From an uncultured Alphaproteobacteria bacterium (lineage in GTDB: Bacteria > Pseudomonadota > Alphaproteobacteria > HIMB59 > GCA-002718135), in contig CACGTA010000002.1 in NCBI GenBank assembly GCA_902575815.1, positions 10,845 through 74,844 on the forward strand: a DNA stretch of 64,000 nucleotides, in the 5' to 3' direction. Each line of letters opens with the position of its first letter. Position 1 is the stretch's first letter. The notes under the pieces are model-generated. The model made no database searches. It was given only the letters and a program-made list of their open reading frames with translations, and was not told the DNA's origin. Positions 50,483-59,344 of the stretch are shown piece after piece. The position numbers were made by a program, and so were the translations under genes.

Positions 50483-52297
50483 TCAATTACTAACTAAATC
50501 CTCTTCCATTTTAATTAATTCATACCATCTATTCTCTTTTGTATTGAGATCACTATTAAGAACTTCCATTTTAGACGTTATTTCCTGATAGCGTTCATAA
50601 TTTTCCAAATATAAGTTTGTATCCTTCAATTCATTTTTAATAACTTCTAATTCTTGTTGAATATTTTTTATTTGGGTTGGAAGTTGTTCTAATTCATATT
50701 GAAACTTATATGATAGTTTAGCTTTAGAACTTTTTACTTTGTTGTTTTCTGAATATGATTTTTTAGTTTCTTTATTTTTAGCAACTTGTTGATTTTCAGA
50801 TTTCAAAAAATCACTGTATCCTCCAAAAAACAATGATACATTTCCATCCTCTTTGAAATGTAGAATTTTATTTACAGTTTGATCTAAAAAATCTCGGTCA
50901 TGCGATACTATTAATAACGTCCCATTATAATTGGATAACATTTCAGTCAATAGATCTAATGTTTCTAAATCTAGGTCATTTGTTGGCTCATCTAAAATAA
51001 GTCCAGTCTTCGGATTAGCTAATACTTTTGCCAAAAGTAATCTATTTTGCTCCCCTCCTGATAATGTTTGTATCGTATGATTGACATTTTTAGGATCAAA
51101 CTGAAAATCTTTCACATAACTACAAACATGCCTATCTCTTCCTTGAACTTTTAAATAATCTCCTCCAGAGGGCACTAAGATATCTTTAATCGATTTTCTG
51201 CCATTAAGATCATTACGCATTTGATCGAAATAAGAAAATTCTAAATTTTTTTTCAGCTTGATTTTACCTTTAGAAATTTTTATTTCATTAAGAATTGTTC
51301 GAAGAAAAGTTGATTTACCACTTCCATTATTACCTAGCAGACCAATACGATCATTTTTTGAAATTTTGATAGATAGATTTTTAAAAACAAATTCACTTTG
51401 ATTAGGATATTTTACGAATACTTCTTGGAGCTCAGCAATAAATTTAGATTGATCGGTAGATTTTTTAGATACTTGAGGTCTTAAAGATTTTATTGCACTT
51501 CTATAAGATGCTTCATCTTTTTCTAATTGCGCTTTTAATTCTTTAGCTCTTTTTAATCTTTTTTCATTCCTCTTTACACGAGCTTTAACGCCTTTATTCG
51601 CCCACTCGAGCTCAATGTTGACAAATTGCTTTCTATTTCTTAATTCTCTATATTCTTGATCGAGTAACTCTTCTGACCATTTGTCAAAATCCTTAAATCC
51701 CCTAGGGCTTATTCGTAATTTTCCTCTATCTATCCAAAAAACTTTATTTGTAAAATTACTTAGAAAAGTTCTATCATGACTCACACATATAATTGTCTTA
51801 TTTAAATTACGTAAGTAACTTTCTAGCCATTCGATGCATTGTAAATCTAGATGATTGGTAGGCTCATCTAATAACAAAACATCTGAGTCTTTTAATAAAG
51901 ATCTAATTAAGTAAACTTTTCTTTTTTGACCTCCTGAAAGATCTGCAACATTAGCAAGTTTATCTAAATTGAGTTTATTACAAAATATATCAACAAAATG
52001 TTTATTTTGTTCATTAAGTAAGTCTAAAAAATTCTCTTCAATGGTTCTGTTATCTAGTTTTTCAAATTTTTGATTAAAATATCCAACTTTAAGACCAGGG
52101 TAATTCCATAATTCTCCTGCATCTAAATCTTGATCACCATAAATAGTTTTCATTAAGGTAGTTTTTCCAACACCATTTTTACCAACTAGCGCGATCATAT
52201 CACCCTTGTGTAAATTAAGATTTAAATCTTGAAAAATTACTTTTTTTCCAAATTTAATTTCTACTTCTCTGAGTGAAAATAATAAATCACTTACCAC
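50483..52297 (-). CDS. uup: ABC-F family ATPase (Uup-like)
   Basis: Two ABC domains (GKNGVGKT/LSGGQ/LDEPTNHLD; GNNGSGKS/LSGGE/LDEPTNDLD), no TM, C-terminal KLSYKxQxELxxLP; GTG start. Confidence 0.88.
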   Translation of the reverse strand: MVSDLLFSLREVEIKFGKKVIFQDLNLNLHKGDMIALVGKNGVGKTTLMKTIYGDQDLDAGELWNYPGLKVGYFNQKFEKLDNRTIEENFLDLLNEQNKHFVDIFCNKLNLDKLANVADLSGGQKRKVYLIRSLLKDSDVLLLDEPTNHLDLQCIEWLESYLRNLNKTIICVSHDRTFLSNFTNKVFWIDRGKLRISPRGFKDFDKWSEELLDQEYRELRNRKQFVNIELEWANKGVKARVKRNEKRLKRAKELKAQLEKDEASYRSAIKSLRPQVSKKSTDQSKFIAELQEVFVKYPNQSEFVFKNLSIKISKNDRIGLLGNNGSGKSTFLRTILNEIKISKGKIKLKKNLEFSYFDQMRNDLNGRKSIKDILVPSGGDYLKVQGRDRHVCSYVKDFQFDPKNVNHTIQTLSGGEQNRLLLAKVLANPKTGLILDEPTNDLDLETLDLLTEMLSNYNGTLLIVSHDRDFLDQTVNKILHFKEDGNVSLFFGGYSDFLKSENQQVAKNKETKKSYSENNKVKSSKAKLSYKFQYELEQLPTQIKNIQQELEVIKNELKDTNLYLENYERYQEITSKMEVLNSDLNTKENRWYELIKMEEDLVSN

Positions 52298-52308
52298 GAA
52301 TTAAAATC

Positions 52309-52425
52309 TTATATAATTTTATAATAAACAACTATAAAATCTAATATCATAAATATTATAAACAAAATTGCGACTCTAAGTAGAGACCATTGACCTTTTG
52401 GAAAAATATATTCAAAAAATTTCAT
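52309..52425 (-). CDS. Putative 38-aa single-pass membrane peptide upstream of uup
   Basis: [38 protein letters not shown]; fills the gap, stops 11 nt before the uup GTG, weak AGAGA RBS. Confidence 0.5.
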   Translation of the reverse strand: MKFFEYIFPKGQWSLLRVAILFIIFMILDFIVVYYKII

Positions 52426-52469
52426 AATTATCTCTATAATTGATTTTTTTATTGAAGAAAAATTAAATT

Positions 52470-52485
52470 AGCGGGCAAATGCCCG
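52470..52485 (-). terminator. Terminator hairpin downstream of the 122-aa membrane gene
   Basis: GCGGGC-AAAT-GCCCGC followed on the minus strand by an AT/T-rich tail. Confidence 0.65.
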
Positions 52486-52490
52486 CATAA

Positions 52491-52859
52491 TTATGATCTA
52501 CTATAAATGTAGAAAGCTAGCGTAAATAAAGCAGTTAAAACAACATTTACATATGGTGTAGCACCCGCAATTACTCCTGTAACAATATGAAATAAGATAA
52601 TCCCAGTAAATAAAAGACTACCAAAAGCAAATAACATTCCAATTGATTTAAGATTTTCTGCAGCGATATCTGGAAATCTCCAGCTCCAAATACCAACTAC
52701 AAAAAGCACAACACCTGTAAACTGACCAAATGTAATTAAATCTTGCGTAGCTTCCCAACCAGTGCCAAGTGCAATCCATATTGATCCTAAAAATAATGAG
52801 CCCAAGCCATTAACTATTAATACAACACCTTGAATTTTGAAAAGTAAGCTAAGATTCAT
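52491..52859 (-). CDS. Hypothetical 4-TM membrane protein
   Basis: Four hydrophobic segments, strong GGAGG RBS; family not recognised. Confidence 0.8.
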   Translation of the reverse strand: MNLSLLFKIQGVVLIVNGLGSLFLGSIWIALGTGWEATQDLITFGQFTGVVLFVVGIWSWRFPDIAAENLKSIGMLFAFGSLLFTGIILFHIVTGVIAGATPYVNVVLTALFTLAFYIYSRS

Positions 52860-52946
52860 TTATCCTCCTTCAAATATAAAAACTAAATATTAAAGATACA
52901 GATTCTGTAAGAACTTTTTGTATTAATTTATAATACTAAATAATTA

Positions 52947-53552
52947 TTATTTTTCATTTAATCGTAACCATTTAATACAATCTTCAAGTCTATCATCCCC
53001 CCAGAATACTTCCTTTCCGTCATATATAAATGTAGGACTTCCAAAAACTCCTTTTTTATAAGCATATTCAGTATTGCTTAAGTATTTATCTTTTATTTCC
53101 TGTGCATTAGCTTTCTTTATAATATCATCATGATCCAAGTTTAATTCTTGAAAGATTTCATTTAAATTTGGTTGTGTAGCTGGTTCTTTCCCTTGCTGAA
53201 ACCACCTTTGATATGTTTTGTACACATAATCGACTCCCCATCCTTCATTCATTCCAAGAATTGCAATTTGATTTGCTAAATCAAATTCTTTTAATGGGTA
53301 TGGTGCTGGTACTTTGGCTTCAAAGCCATAAAATTTTGCTCGTCTTTCAATATCTCTCCACATGTAATCTGATTTTATTTTTTTAGCTGGTGGAGTGAAT
53401 GGAATGTTATCCATATCCATCATAATTTTTCTTACACTAAAAGGGTGCCAATTAAATTTAATATTTTCTTTTTCTGCAACTTCATGCAACCTATTGACTG
53501 TTAAATAAGTATAAGTACTGCCTATTGAAAACCAAAAATTAATTTCTTTCAC
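52947..53552 (-). CDS. 2-hydroxychromene-2-carboxylate isomerase / GST-kappa (DsbA-fold) protein
   Basis: FWFSIGSTYTY, YMWRDIERRA, GVFGSPTF, FWGDDRL. Confidence 0.9.
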   Translation of the reverse strand: MKEINFWFSIGSTYTYLTVNRLHEVAEKENIKFNWHPFSVRKIMMDMDNIPFTPPAKKIKSDYMWRDIERRAKFYGFEAKVPAPYPLKEFDLANQIAILGMNEGWGVDYVYKTYQRWFQQGKEPATQPNLNEIFQELNLDHDDIIKKANAQEIKDKYLSNTEYAYKKGVFGSPTFIYDGKEVFWGDDRLEDCIKWLRLNEK

Positions 53553-53783
53553 AAATTTATATTATAAATTATTCATTTTTATTCAATAATTATTACAAAC
53601 TAATAATAAATTATAATCATTCTAATTTTGTTTGGCAAAAAATATATAAATTACAGGAAGTTTTTTTTAATAAAACAGTCAATTTAACATTATAATTATT
53701 ATTAAAATTAAATACTTTTAATATTTCATTAACAATTTCATAATATTATCCAAATTTATTAAAATTAAATAAAAGGAGGTAAC

Positions 53784-54398
53784 ATGATTGTAGGAAGTTG
53801 GACGTACAGCATATCAAACTCAAATGCTATAAAAGCATTTAACACTGCTGCTACTTATTTTAAAAAATATGGTGCAATTGGAGCATCGATTGGAAACCAT
53901 CTTGGCAAAGATAACGGTTTATATAGTGTGAATATAGGATATGAAAATTATGCTCATTTTGGTGAAGTTGATGATCAAATTTCTAATGATGAAAATTGGG
54001 CAAAAGATATGGAGCCCTATTTTTCAGATACAAAGTGGGAAACAAATAATTTTTATGAACCCATGATCCATACTATGCCATCAGATGCTGGAATTAAACC
54101 AGTTTTTGCTAATTGGATGTTTTTCCATAAAGATGTCAATTTAATACAAGAAAAAGGTGATATTTTTATAAAAGCATGGATGGAAAATGGTGCAACAGGT
54201 GGAACTGTTGGAAGATTAAATGGAAAAGATAATGGTTCTTATGGATTTGGTGTAAGATTTAATAATATGAAAGAGTATGGAGCTGCTCAAGACAAATTAA
54301 ATGGTGATGATTTTTGGTCAAACCATAAAGAATTTTTGGATGAAGTAGAGCCACAAGGGATGAGTCTTGTAAGGATTTTAGAAACAACATGGGAGTAA
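53784..54398 (+). CDS. Hypothetical protein with two internal ~100-aa repeats (NIPSNAP/dimeric alpha-beta barrel-like)
   Basis: Repeated GA.G...G...GKDNG.Y......N....G...D....D..W; AAGGAGGT RBS. Confidence 0.75.
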   Translation: MIVGSWTYSISNSNAIKAFNTAATYFKKYGAIGASIGNHLGKDNGLYSVNIGYENYAHFGEVDDQISNDENWAKDMEPYFSDTKWETNNFYEPMIHTMPSDAGIKPVFANWMFFHKDVNLIQEKGDIFIKAWMENGATGGTVGRLNGKDNGSYGFGVRFNNMKEYGAAQDKLNGDDFWSNHKEFLDEVEPQGMSLVRILETTWE

Positions 54399-54451
54399 TT
54401 AATGACTTCCTTTTATTGCTTGACCAGTAATAAAGAAGCAGTAAACTTTTT

Positions 54452-54474
54452 TAGCAGGAATTTTATTCCTGCTA
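54452..54474 (+). terminator. Hairpin after the 204-aa gene
   Basis: TAGCAGGAAT-TTT-ATTCCTGCTA inverted repeat; weak T-tail. Confidence 0.55.
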
Positions 54475-54491
54475 TTAAAAATTAATATAAT

Positions 54492-55649
54492 ATGAAGGAT
54501 TCCTTTCGTAAAGAAATAGCTACATCTTTCGGTGGTGCATTTTTAATAATGTTTATGATAGGAATATATTTTGTTTATATTCCATGGAACATAAATAGAT
54601 TAAATATTTCTGAGTCTCAACTTGGTATTTCAATTTTTGCATTTGGAATAGCAAATTTATTTGCTAATCAATTTGGCGCTAGAGTCCTTGTTCCAAGAAT
54701 TGGAAGTACTAATACAATTATTTTAGGAATATTTATATTTTCATACTTACCTCTGGCGATTGCCAGTGCACCAAGTTATTTTTATTTTACTCTTTTTTTT
54801 ATTCCAATTGGGATTGGTGCTGGCTTTATCTTCCCAGTGATTAATGCACAAATTGCTATAATTGAACAAAAAACAAATAAAATTTTATTACCTGTAACTC
54901 AGGCATTTTTTTCTGCCGGTTCTTTATTCGGTGCTCTTGGTGCAGCATTATTTATCAAGTTAATTCCTGATCCACGGATTACTTTTTTTATAGTTGGAAG
55001 TATGTTTCTTTTTTTCTCAATAATTTACTATTTTTTTGGACTTAGAAAAATTTATGAAGAAAATGAAAAAGTAGAAAAATTTAAAATACCAGAAAAAAAC
55101 ATACTTATTTATGGATTTTTGTTAATGATGAATTTTGCTACATTAGGCATCATTATAGACTGGTCACCAGTTTGGTTAACAAAAGATTTGAGCGCTCCTC
55201 TTTTTTTAGGAGGTTTAGCAATTATGTTTTTTAATGCGGGTGAAATAATTGCAAGAGTAAGTGCAAGTAAATTAATCAATAAATTTGGTGAAATTATAAT
55301 TGGTTCATATTTCAGTATAGTTTCCTGTGTTGTATTATTTATTACAATATTAACTATGAACTTAAATATAATATTGTTTGGTATTTTAATTTTTGGATTT
55401 GGTACAGCTAATTTTGTAGCAATTGTTCTGAGACAAGCAATAAGTGAGTCCAATGAGGGTATAAGTTTGACAGTTTCAAATTTGATTACTTTAGGATTTG
55501 GAGGTTTTATTTTTGGCCCTGTAGTTGTAGGATATTTAGCTGAATTTATTAGCTTAACATTCAATATGTATTTATTATCAGTAATTTGGGGATTTAATGG
55601 ATTAGCTTTATTTTATTTAATTAAAAGAAACAAAAATCAAAAAACTTAA
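54492..55649 (+). CDS. MFS transporter
   Basis: About 12 TM segments; paralog of 42142..43287. Confidence 0.8.
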   Translation: MKDSFRKEIATSFGGAFLIMFMIGIYFVYIPWNINRLNISESQLGISIFAFGIANLFANQFGARVLVPRIGSTNTIILGIFIFSYLPLAIASAPSYFYFTLFFIPIGIGAGFIFPVINAQIAIIEQKTNKILLPVTQAFFSAGSLFGALGAALFIKLIPDPRITFFIVGSMFLFFSIIYYFFGLRKIYEENEKVEKFKIPEKNILIYGFLLMMNFATLGIIIDWSPVWLTKDLSAPLFLGGLAIMFFNAGEIIARVSASKLINKFGEIIIGSYFSIVSCVVLFITILTMNLNIILFGILIFGFGTANFVAIVLRQAISESNEGISLTVSNLITLGFGGFIFGPVVVGYLAEFISLTFNMYLLSVIWGFNGLALFYLIKRNKNQKT

Positions 55650-55676
55650 AACATTATCTTTTATACTAATGATAAA

Positions 55677-55705
55677 TTGAGTAAGCAAATTCCATATGCT
55701 AATAT
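55677..55705 (+). promoter_or_regulatory. Putative sigma70 promoter of tRNA-Thr
   Basis: TTGAGT-N17-TAATAT with extended TG, ending 9 nt before the tRNA. Confidence 0.55.
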
Positions 55706-55714
55706 TATCTTACT

Positions 55715-55789
55715 GCTGATATAGTATAATGGTTATTACAGGCCGTTGGTAACGGTCAGACCCAAGTTCGATTCTCGGTATCAGCACCA
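55715..55789 (+). tRNA. tRNA-Thr(GGT), atypical D-arm and T-stem
   Basis: GCTGATA...GGCCG-TT-GGT-AA-CGGTC...TTCGATT...TATCAGC-A-CCA, 75 nt. Confidence 0.9.
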
Positions 55790-55793
55790 GTGC

Positions 55794-55828
55794 TTTAGCA
55801 CTCTGTAAAGAGTGCTAAATTTGTTTTT
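55794..55828. terminator. Terminator between tRNA-Thr and convergent gene
   Basis: TTTAGCACTCT-GTAA-AGAGTGCTAAA (GNRA loop) followed by TTTGTTTTTT. Confidence 0.75.
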
Positions 55829-56229
55829 TATAGAGTAAAGTAACGTATTAAAATCACAACCATTGGTATTAATGGTCTTATAGCATTTTTTATTGGCCAA
55901 TCATTACCATCAAAACTCTCAAAAATTTTTAATGTAGTTCCAAGATTGTAACAAAAAGCAAAAATAGTAAAAATAAACATAATGCCTATAACTTCATTTG
56001 GTGAAGTAAAACTTCCAATTTGAAATAATGTAGCAATTAACATCAAAACTACACCGATCATTAAAAATCCAAGAGGTCGACCCATAAACATTGCATCCTT
56101 AGATGCAAAACCAAGACTATTTTGTACAAAATTTTTGTTAAAAGCAAAACTTAAACCAAAAAAACCACCAAATAAAATTAGAAAAACATGACAAATAAAA
56201 GGTATCATACCTCCAGCTGATTCAATCAT
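55828..56229 (-). CDS. Hypothetical 4-TM membrane protein
   Basis: Hydrophobic segments; GGGAGA RBS. Confidence 0.78.
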   Translation of the reverse strand: MIESAGGMIPFICHVFLILFGGFFGLSFAFNKNFVQNSLGFASKDAMFMGRPLGFLMIGVVLMLIATLFQIGSFTSPNEVIGIMFIFTIFAFCYNLGTTLKIFESFDGNDWPIKNAIRPLIPMVVILIRYFTL

Positions 56230-56301
56230 AAAATCTCCCTTATTTATTTGAAATAATGTAAACTAAAATTTTTGATTCTCCGATATTTTCTAATTTGAAT
56301 T

Positions 56302-57465
56302 CTAATTATTAATAGTTTCATAGATACTTGCTTCTATTTCTGAAAATGTTTTTAAAGATGCTGTATTCATATAAGGTAGCATTTGCATAAATATTGCACA
56401 CCCAATTTGATTTTTAAAATCAATCCAAAAAAAACTATTAAATATACCTGACCATGAAATACTTCCCTTTGGTCTACCTTCAAGAGTAGTATCGTTATTA
56501 ATCATAAAACCATATCCAAATTTTTTTTCAATACTATCATCATGATCTAATGATGCTGCCAATTCTTGATCAACAGATGCGATAGCATCAACTTTGAGCT
56601 TACCTATTTGATTGGACTTCATCAAATTTATTGAATTTTCAGAAATAACACTATTATCATTGCTTAAAAATAAACGCATAAATTTTGCATAATCTTGTGT
56701 AGTTGAGGTTAATCCCCCTCCACCCGAGTGAAAAGATCTGCCTACTCTTTCATCTTGATATTTAGCGATCCTTTTATTGATGATGATGTTATTATCAATA
56801 TAGTCATAGATATAAGCTAAATTATTAAAATTATTTTCATCTAAGTTAAATGTAGTGTTTCTCATACCAAGTTGATCAAATAAATTTTCTTTCATGTACG
56901 CATCTAATTTTTTATTTATTAATTTTTCAATTATGTAACCAAGTAGATCCGTACTGATACCATAATTCCATCTGGTACCAGGTTCAAATAAAATAGGAGC
57001 ATCTAGAAAATCTTCACCATCATTTTGTATGTCTTGCAATATGTTTTGATCGACTAGAAATTTAATTTCCGGATTTAGAAATTGATACCCATATCCAGAA
57101 GTATGATTTAATAAATGTTTAATTTTAATTTTAGTATTAGCTTTTGAATACTGTGGTTTATCGCCTATCAATTGAACAATTTCTATATCTGAAAAACGTT
57201 TATCAATATCTTCTATATTTGTTTCTAAACTGATTAAGTTTCTTTCAATTAATTGAAAAATACACAACGATGTAATTGGCTTGGTCATAGATGCAATTCT
57301 AACAATTGAATTTTGATTAAAAGGAATCTGTTTTTCTAGATGATTAAAGCCATGATATTGCTCTAAGATATTTTTATTCTTATTTGTAATAATGACAGAT
57401 AAAGAAGGTATCTTGTGCTTATTAAAAATATTTTCAATTTTATTACTAAGTATTTCTATATTCAT
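56302..57465 (-). CDS. Serine hydrolase, beta-lactamase class C / esterase family VIII
   Basis: SxxK (ASMTK), LLNHTSG, FEPGTRWNY, SGGGGL, WSG; no signal peptide. Confidence 0.9.
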   Translation of the reverse strand: MNIEILSNKIENIFNKHKIPSLSVIITNKNKNILEQYHGFNHLEKQIPFNQNSIVRIASMTKPITSLCIFQLIERNLISLETNIEDIDKRFSDIEIVQLIGDKPQYSKANTKIKIKHLLNHTSGYGYQFLNPEIKFLVDQNILQDIQNDGEDFLDAPILFEPGTRWNYGISTDLLGYIIEKLINKKLDAYMKENLFDQLGMRNTTFNLDENNFNNLAYIYDYIDNNIIINKRIAKYQDERVGRSFHSGGGGLTSTTQDYAKFMRLFLSNDNSVISENSINLMKSNQIGKLKVDAIASVDQELAASLDHDDSIEKKFGYGFMINNDTTLEGRPKGSISWSGIFNSFFWIDFKNQIGCAIFMQMLPYMNTASLKTFSEIEASIYETINN

Positions 57466-57507
57466 AAAAATTATTCAAACATATATTCTTTTTTAAATTT
57501 AATTGTA

Positions 57508-57909
57508 TTAAATCTTTTTAAAATTTTTGATTATTAAGAGTAAATTTAAAAATGTAACAAATGAAAAAAACATGGCATTAATGGAAATAATATCTAAATT
57601 TGTTTCTCCTGGACTATTTGTAATTACATATCTCCAAAAATTAATTGATACTAAAAATTGGATTATAAAAATACAATAAATAAGTGGAGATTGTTTTTCT
57701 AGACCTCGAAAAATTATAGTGACAAAAGATAAAGCCAAAGATAAAAAAATTATACCAATAATCTCTGACAATCCTGCTACGGCATGATTAAAGAAACCTA
57801 AGTTGTTCAAAGCAAATTCATCAGTAAATACTAAAAGTTGAATAGCATAATAGGAGAAGAAAATGATATTAATAATAATGATTAAATTATCTATATTTTT
57901 TTTGAACAT
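57508..57909 (-). CDS. Hypothetical 4-TM membrane protein
   Basis: Four hydrophobic segments; similar layout to 55828..56229. Confidence 0.75.
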   Translation of the reverse strand: MFKKNIDNLIIIINIIFFSYYAIQLLVFTDEFALNNLGFFNHAVAGLSEIIGIIFLSLALSFVTIIFRGLEKQSPLIYCIFIIQFLVSINFWRYVITNSPGETNLDIISINAMFFSFVTFLNLLLIIKNFKKI

Positions 57910-57944
57910 ATCTGTGTATCATGTAAAAAAAATAAATAATCAAT

Positions 57945-58601
57945 ATGGAAATTACTTTATACTATTTTAAAATACCTTTTTGGAGAGCAGAAGTAACGAG
58001 ACTGGCTTTATTTATAGGAGATATTCCCTTTAATGATTATCGTGTAGAAGGAAAAGAAATTGATGACCTCAAAGCAACAGGATTATTGCCCAATAAGCAA
58101 ATTGCTCCTTTTAAACAATTACCAATATTAGATGTTGACGGTAAAATTATTGCTCAAACAGGTGCCATTGCAAGATATTGTGGAAAATTATCAGGTTTAT
58201 ATCCAAAAGATAATGATTTTGAAGCAGCTCAAATAGATCAAATTATTGATGCAGCACAAGATATTAACTATCTCGTCACCCTATCTGGCAGAGATAAAGA
58301 AAAGGATCGATTAGAATTAGCAAGAAAAATATTATCTACAAAACACCTGCCCAAATGGTTTCAATTTCTTGAAAACTTGCTTGAAAAAAATGATGGGTCT
58401 AGTTTTTTTGTTGGTAAAAATATTTCTATTGCTGATCTAGCAATTTGGAGATTACTAGGTTGGCTAACATCAGGCCTTTTAGATGGAGTACCAACGAATA
58501 TTTTAGAGCCTTATAAAAGATTAAAAAAATTAAGAGAAGAAATCTACAATCATCCAAAGGTCAATGAATGGATGATGAAAACATATGGAAAAATTATTTA
58601 A
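57945..58601 (+). CDS. Glutathione S-transferase (Tyr-type, sigma-class-like)
   Basis: LYYF...RAEVTRL, QLPILDVDG, AQTGAIARY, SIADL. Confidence 0.9.
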   Translation: MEITLYYFKIPFWRAEVTRLALFIGDIPFNDYRVEGKEIDDLKATGLLPNKQIAPFKQLPILDVDGKIIAQTGAIARYCGKLSGLYPKDNDFEAAQIDQIIDAAQDINYLVTLSGRDKEKDRLELARKILSTKHLPKWFQFLENLLEKNDGSSFFVGKNISIADLAIWRLLGWLTSGLLDGVPTNILEPYKRLKKLREEIYNHPKVNEWMMKTYGKII

Positions 58602-58609
58602 TTATTAAA

Positions 58610-59344
58610 ATGACTGCACTAAGTGTTAATGTTAACAAATTTGCTTTAGTAAGAAATGCTAGAGGTGCTGATTTACCAAACTTAATTGATATTAGTAATA
58701 AATGTTTAAAATACGGAGCTGATGGAATTACAGTACATCCGCGACCTGATGAAAGACACGCAAAATTTTCTGACCTAGAACCTTTAAAAAAACTATTATC
58801 AAAATTTGAAAATAAAGAATTTAATGTAGAGGGATACCCATCAGATTTTTTTGTCAAAAAAGTAATTGAAGTTAAACCAGATCAAGTAACTTTAGTACCA
58901 GATCCACCTGGTGCTCTTACCTCTTCTTTTGGTTGGGACTGTGAAACTAACAAAAATTTATTAACAGATATAGTTAGTGAATTTAAGAGTAATAATATTC
59001 GTGTTTCAATATTTATTAACCCATCTATAAAAACACTGGAAAATTTAGAAGTGATACAAACTGATAGAGTAGAACTTTATACTTTTGATTATGCTCATAA
59101 CTTTAATGAAAATAAGGAAAAAGCAATTAAAGATTATATGATCGTAACAAACTATTTAGAAAAAGAGTTTCCAAAAATTGAATTAAATGCTGGTCATGAT
59201 TTAAATTTAGAAAATTTAAAGTTTTTTTTAGATAAAATAAATAATATCAAAGAAGTGTCTATTGGCCATGCTCTCATCTGTGATACTTTTGAATTTGGCT
59301 TACAAGAAACAATCAAAAAATATTTAACCCTAACAAATAATTAA
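58610..59344 (+). CDS. pdxJ: Pyridoxine 5'-phosphate synthase
   Basis: LSVNVN..LVRNARG, GITVHPRPDERH, TLVPD, ELYT, NAGHDL, EVSIGHA; start moved to MTALS at 58610. Confidence 0.93.
   Translation: MTALSVNVNKFALVRNARGADLPNLIDISNKCLKYGADGITVHPRPDERHAKFSDLEPLKKLLSKFENKEFNVEGYPSDFFVKKVIEVKPDQVTLVPDPPGALTSSFGWDCETNKNLLTDIVSEFKSNNIRVSIFINPSIKTLENLEVIQTDRVELYTFDYAHNFNENKEKAIKDYMIVTNYLEKEFPKIELNAGHDLNLENLKFFLDKINNIKEVSIGHALICDTFEFGLQETIKKYLTLTNN

Noticed and set aside
53609..53627. AATTATAATCATTCTAATT, resembling a Fur or Irr (ICE) box
   Set aside because: Several mismatches in a nearly pure AT spacer; flanking genes have no evident iron link.
56302..57465. Possible beta-lactam resistance gene
   Set aside because: No signal peptide, and family VIII esterase-type motifs (LLxHTSG, WSG); resistance cannot be supported.
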